A stretch of 39,670 bases of DNA from Asterionella formosa (Eukaryota), in assembly GCA_002256025.1 (NCBI GenBank), contig NKIB01014897.1, positions 1 to 39,670 on the forward strand, in the 5' to 3' direction. A program made the translations under genes and the position numbers. The notes beneath the pieces were generated by a model. It had not been told where the DNA came from. It made no database searches and was given only the letters and a program-made list of their open reading frames with translations. Position 1 is the stretch's first letter. Every line of letters begins with the position of its first letter. This document shows positions 34,925 through 39,670 of this stretch, in pieces.

Positions 34925-36130
34925 CTATCGTGTTTTCAGCAGATTTGTAGGTACAGTCATAGGACCATTCTTCACCCTAACTCGATATAGATTGGCAGTA
35001 CTGGAAATGTATAAGAATCCATCATCACCAATAGTTAGCGAAACCGGTCTTTCTGGTAGTTGCAAGTGTCCCAGAATCTTGTGGGGCGCTGACGACACAA
35101 TCAAGACTCCATCGTCGACTCCGACGTATAGATGCTTGTTCTTGTCCATGACAAGTGGCCCAGGTGTGGCAGAAAATTCTGATAAATCTAAAAGATTCTG
35201 GGTTTCTTGTTGACTTTTCCCCTCTTCGTTATCGAGTAATATAGGAACTGAGACTAATTGAACCTTGTCGTCATCATTATCCTTGACAATAGCGTAGAGC
35301 CCTTCCCACAAGGCATCCAGGGCAATTCCACCGATTCTTTCTCTCATTAAAAGGATAGCTATGGAATGATCATGATGCACCTTTGTCCACTTATGAGCCA
35401 TTCTTGATTCCCAAGACGACGCAAGTGGCTGAACTTGCATTGCTCTCTCCAGTCTCCAAATAACAGATTTGGCACACTCCGGTGAATGATCGACTACAAT
35501 CAAATCCCCAAATGGAGTCATGACCATGGAAGTAGGCTGGTTTATCCTATTTTTTTTATTAGCATGACACACATCCGGCACTTCCATCAGCAAGGGTGTT
35601 CTGGCACCTGATACTTCTAGCCGCACGACACGGTTCTCTCCCCATTCAGCAACTAGTAAAGTGCCCTCCAACGAAGTTTCTTTTTCTCTGAAATCAATAG
35701 CAATAGCTCCACTGCCAATCTGACAATTTTGTTTGGATCGACATCCGCTTTGTTCCAAAAATAACGACTTTTTAATGGGAATGGGCCCACCTCCTCGTTC
35801 CCACCTCCACACGCGACCAGCATTGGTAGATGAGCTCAACAAGAGAAAGCCCCGACCAAGATCCGCATCGTGCATCCATGTAGTGGAAACAATATCAGTA
35901 AAATTACTCTGCACGAGCATAACTTGGGCGGTATAAAATATTGACTGCAGGACGAAAGGCTCATGTTGTGCATTCATCGTGGTGATTAGAGAACTAACGA
36001 CTGGAATGCCCAGTTCTCCCGTGAGAGTGAATCGACTGCCGATAAAGTACGCTAAGGCTGGTACGAAGACCGTCAGCCAGGCGAGGGAGGGTGGAATGAT
36101 GTGCTGGGATGGTTGGGTCGTTGTTGTCAT
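34925..36130 (-). CDS. SMP-30/gluconolactonase/LRE-like six-bladed beta-propeller protein with N-terminal membrane anchor, ~401 aa
   Basis: First ATG at 36130 (the ORF track starts at an upstream TTG, 36286). Hydrophobic segment LAWLTVFVPALAYFIG; VWRWE, LLVAEWGENRVVRLE, RINQPTSMVMTPFGDL, MDKNKHLYV, LTIGDDGFLYISS..LYRVRV. Confidence 0.75.
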   Translation of the reverse strand: MTTTTQPSQHIIPPSLAWLTVFVPALAYFIGSRFTLTGELGIPVVSSLITTMNAQHEPFVLQSIFYTAQVMLVQSNFTDIVSTTWMHDADLGRGFLLLSSSTNAGRVWRWERGGGPIPIKKSLFLEQSGCRSKQNCQIGSGAIAIDFREKETSLEGTLLVAEWGENRVVRLEVSGARTPLLMEVPDVCHANKKNRINQPTSMVMTPFGDLIVVDHSPECAKSVIWRLERAMQVQPLASSWESRMAHKWTKVHHDHSIAILLMRERIGGIALDALWEGLYAIVKDNDDDKVQLVSVPILLDNEEGKSQQETQNLLDLSEFSATPGPLVMDKNKHLYVGVDDGVLIVSSAPHKILGHLQLPERPVSLTIGDDGFLYISSTANLYRVRVKNGPMTVPTNLLKTR

Positions 36131-36298
36131 GATGGTGGTGTGGAATACAATGAAAGCAGTAATGAAAAGACCCCAAGTCACGATATCGTATTTTATCGAG
36201 TCAAAATCGAGCAATTTTTTTAAAGCCCATTTTTGACCATATGATACATGATACCCTAAAAAGTTCTGCTCAGTAGGTATAGACAATACAGGTTAGTC

Positions 36299-36442
36299 TA
36301 CCATGGTACCAGGTACTGGTACTGGCACCGGGTATTCATACACGCTGCGTTACCATAACAGATGCATACAGTATAGTTAGCAGGAGTACCAGGTAGTCTA
36401 CCTGGTACCGGTACCGGGGACCACGACAGGTACATACCGGTA
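36299..36442. repeat. Representative cluster of GGTACC(A/T)GGTACC / TACCGGTA palindromic micro-repeats (also at ~490-680, 6178-6601, 15065-15492, 19885-20015, 29106-29570, 31232-31515, 34452-34620, 39280-39500)
   Basis: Dense GTAC/CCGG/CCWGG-based motifs in intergenic DNA, with only isolated copies inside coding regions. Confidence 0.85.
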
Positions 36443-36795
36443 GTAGAACAAAGTAGTATCATGGATGAGTTGAGGGACAGACCTACGCTACTCCCCATAG
36501 GTAGAGGTATAAGGCATAAACCGCCAACATTTGACGTTTCATGTATCGCTCTGCCTGTATCACGGATCAGCATGAAAATAGTGAACAATGCTCGTCCCTA
36601 CATAGCTATGATTCAAGCGGGACCACAAGTAAGAATGCTTGAATTGTTTGCGGTTCTTTTATGACTTCGTCTACCGTACCGGTATCATCGTTGTCGGCCA
36701 ACGACAAAGGTTCAGCATCATAGAGTGATTTCTTACTTGTTCCTTCTCCTCTGTCATTATATCAACGCTTTCGTTATAAGTATACACCCACTACC

Positions 36796-37623
36796 ATGCC
36801 ACAACAACAACAAAACCCATCAGCCCGCATCATCACAGTCCTACCAGGCGATGATGTAACAGCCTACATTGACACTTCGTCGAACCAGTTCAAACTCGGC
36901 CTGGGCCTTGTACAATCCTCAAAGCATCACAGCATTACCGCTACATTGGCCGGTCGTCTCCACTCCAAGAAAGGGTACTGGTATGTACTGCAAAACACGA
37001 AACGGTACATTCCCATGGTAGAAGATCGAGTCCTGGGCATTGTAGAAGATCGCGTCGGACAGGAAAATGGTGGAGATGTGTACCGTGTCAACATTGGAGG
37101 ACCACACGCTGCCATGTTGTCAACATTACGATTTGAGGGAGCTACTAAACGTAATCGACCGCAATTCAAAACTGGAACTCTGGTGTATGCCCGTGTCATT
37201 ATGGATGGGTCGACCATGACAGACCCAGCTCTTTCGTGTCTGCTAGGAAGTCACGATGCTGGCGTGCCTCGGAAAGATTGGATGACGGAGGAAGCGTTGT
37301 ATGGACAACTCAAGGGGGGTACTATAGTGAAAATTACTTTGGGTTTGGCGAAGGAGTTGTTGGATCCTAATAATGTGGTTTTGGAAGAATTAGCGGATTT
37401 GCCATTTGAAGTGGCCATTGGTGTCAATGGCCTTTTGTGGGTACACTCGAAAAGAGTGGAATATACAGTCATGATTCAAAACGCGATTTTGAACAGTGAA
37501 GTATTGACGGAAGAGCAGACGCGAGGCATGGTACGGAAACTGAAACAGACTGTGCAGCAACAGTTGGAAAATCAAGAAAGTAGTGACGATGATGGCGCTG
37601 GGGACGAGAGGATGGAAGAGTAG
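36796..37623 (+). CDS. RRP40: RNA exosome cap subunit RRP40 (EXOSC3), 275 aa
   Basis: VLPGD, LGLGL, ATLAGRL, KRYIP..EDRVLGIV, YRVNIG, FEGATKRNRP, GTLVYARV, GQLKGG, FEVAIGVNGLLWV. Confidence 0.95.
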   Translation: MPQQQQNPSARIITVLPGDDVTAYIDTSSNQFKLGLGLVQSSKHHSITATLAGRLHSKKGYWYVLQNTKRYIPMVEDRVLGIVEDRVGQENGGDVYRVNIGGPHAAMLSTLRFEGATKRNRPQFKTGTLVYARVIMDGSTMTDPALSCLLGSHDAGVPRKDWMTEEALYGQLKGGTIVKITLGLAKELLDPNNVVLEELADLPFEVAIGVNGLLWVHSKRVEYTVMIQNAILNSEVLTEEQTRGMVRKLKQTVQQQLENQESSDDDGAGDERMEE

Positions 37624-37919
37624 GGAACAATGCTTCATTAATTAAAGTGACTTTATTCCTTCCCATTGATTTTACGACCAGTATTCTGGTTCATTTTGGT
37701 CACGTCCGACACAATTTCCATGCACATGAAACCCATGTCTTCACTAGTATTGCGCTCGTCATTCATCCTTTCGGGAACCGCCTACCGGTATTGGTAGTCA
37801 GAATTTATGAATATGCACCTGAGAGGATGAACATGATATCCCATATAGATACAATTTGTTTGTCAAAAATACAACAACGTATTGTGCATGACATGGATTG
37901 TCATCAAGATGAGTTCGTA

Positions 37920-39126
37920 TTAGACCTCGGATTCATCTCCGAAGACAACGGAGACTGACGATTTTTGTTCCTTCTTCTTTGCGCCTTTCTTGTCTTCCTT
38001 CGTTGCTTTCTTCTTGTTTTTGCCTCCAAAAAGTGCCTTGAAACCTGTAAACATACAGACGCACACGAAAAGTGAAAACATGGACAGCACACATGCAAGG
38101 AGTATACGGTAGTATTACAAATAAAGGACAGAAAAAGAAAATAAAAGGTTAGCCAATCCTACAACGCTCTTTTCTAACTTAACACACAAGAACAACCCTT
38201 TGGTGTTGGCGTACAGCTAGGGGGGTCAGTATCGACATTGAGTTCCGCACCGGGTTCTCCAACTCCAATATCGTTGGAGGCACAACACAAACGCATTGTA
38301 TAAGATGTGGCTGGATCGAGCTTGGTGAGGGTAGCCTTGGCACGGCTGTGAGCACCTCCATAGACATTGCGTTTCATAGATCGGTGGTCCTCCGGGGTGT
38401 CTTCGCTAAAGTCCCAGTCTGCTCCTTGTTTCTTGTACTGGAGTTCGTACTTGATCACGCCCTTGACGACATCAAACACAAGAATGATGGATTCCTGTAA
38501 AGAGGACAGCAAGATAAAGAATGAGTTAGCGAAACGAGTGAGTGTCGACGATGCTTGTGGGTGGGTACCATCGAAAACTGTCAGAACCAAAGTTCGTTGG
38601 ACTCCTCAGATACTATCTAGCGGAAATAGACGTCGTCTTGGAGCGAGGAGAAATTAAAAAATGCTCAACGCTCATCTGCATTTCGTGTGTAACATCATAG
38701 GAGACAACTTTCTCATCTTGGGTTGATTGTTTGTGTGGCTGTATTTCAGTCACAGGTCCACACAAGTGAGGAATACCGGTATGCATGTTCATGATATGGT
38801 CAAAAAAACTCTCTCCTCTGCAATTTAGAAACAGTATTTGAACTGCGCGCGTCGTCATTTCGTTCAAATAAAACGTAAGAAATCTCATGTAGAATGACAT
38901 CATTGGAGAGAGCAGATTGTATAAAATGCATACAGATAATACATGTAGAAGGTGTGACAGTATGTATTTTTGATGGAGGGTGCAGCAGCGCTGTAACGCA
39001 ACTGAACTATCAGCGTCTTTTCACCAAACCATTTGCGTATTGCAAAATTACAGTTCCACTCACATCGGTCGTCTCGAGAAGCTCCAGCTTTGGTCCTGGA
39101 GGGAATTGTGAAGCATCACCAACCAT
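37920..39126 (-). CDS. Small fibronectin type III (FN3) domain protein; exons 39126-39064, 38494-38179 and 38044-37920 (167 aa), or a 127-aa form ending CSCVLS* at 38174 if the last intron is retained
   Basis: Exon 1 MVGDASQFPPGPKLELLETTD ends at GTGAGT (39063) and joins TTACAG|GAA (38494) in phase 0. This gives an FN3 pattern: PPGP..L..TT.ESI.L.F....G..KYELQYK.....W ... ATLTKLDPATSYTMRL.....G.GEP. A third exon follows TTTACAG (38045). Confidence 0.78.
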
Positions 39127-39670
39127 TATTGGTGCTTTACTGGTAGTTGATGGGTCGATGGACTGCCAACAATAGCGGTAGGATGGGAATAGGATTTTTG
39201 CGAGCACGCACACTGGGATACTGCAAATAAAACACTCCTGGTTTATTAAAATTGATCACACATGCTGGTATATACTGCAGGTACGGGCATTCCGCTACCA
39301 GGTAGTCTAGTCTACATCTCTATCGTACTGTATCAATGCATAATACCGGTAGCATCCATTTTCGTTTATATACCAGGGTGGTACATGCAAAAAATTCAAC
39401 CCCCAGTGCAACCTTTTAAGACCGTAGTGAAAGCTAGTGTACTAGCAGTCAACTAGCACTGTGTACAAAGGTAAACTACAAAAAACCCTGGTACTGGTAT
39501 TAAAAGGCATGACCAAATTCATGAAACAACGTTTCGACTTCAATATGGCTCAACAGTGCAGCATAACCAGTTTGAGGCGCTTGCAAGTTGCAAACAAGTG
39601 CCACAACTGGGAGTTGATATTCTTTGGAATTCAAGCCTAATGAACAACCACATCGAATCGCAAAATGTGC

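Noticed and set aside
36131..36286. 52-codon upstream extension of the SMP-30-like ORF
   Set aside because: It starts at TTG; the first ATG is at 36130, and the extension probably lies in the UTR/promoter.

Overview
Eukaryotic nuclear DNA, most likely from a diatom or related stramenopile (compact genes, short GT-AG introns, signal/transit-type N-termini, an eEF3 gene). Ten protein-coding genes can be built: eEF3 (+), a large ARM/HEAT-like protein (-), a RIO-family atypical kinase with a degenerate active site (-), an organellar DDX21/RH3-type DEAD-box helicase (+), eIF3a (-), a PP2C phosphatase (-), HAS1/DDX18 (-), an SMP-30/gluconolactonase-like propeller (-), RRP40 (+) and a small three-exon FN3 protein (-) that the ORF track only shows in fragments. 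Intergenic DNA holds a decayed pogo/Tc5-type DNA transposon with a convergent accessory gene, a Stowaway-like MITE, a Ty3/gypsy integrase relic and clustered GGTACC/TACCGGTA palindromes upstream of genes. The most striking unexplained element is a ~197-nt fold-back at 234-430. On the minus strand it forms a rod whose stems are interrupted every ~16 nt by CGAG/CGAG tandem G.A motifs. Also notable is a predicted intron-retention switch that gives the FN3 protein either a CaaX end or a polybasic tail. All calls come from reading the sequence; no searches were run.
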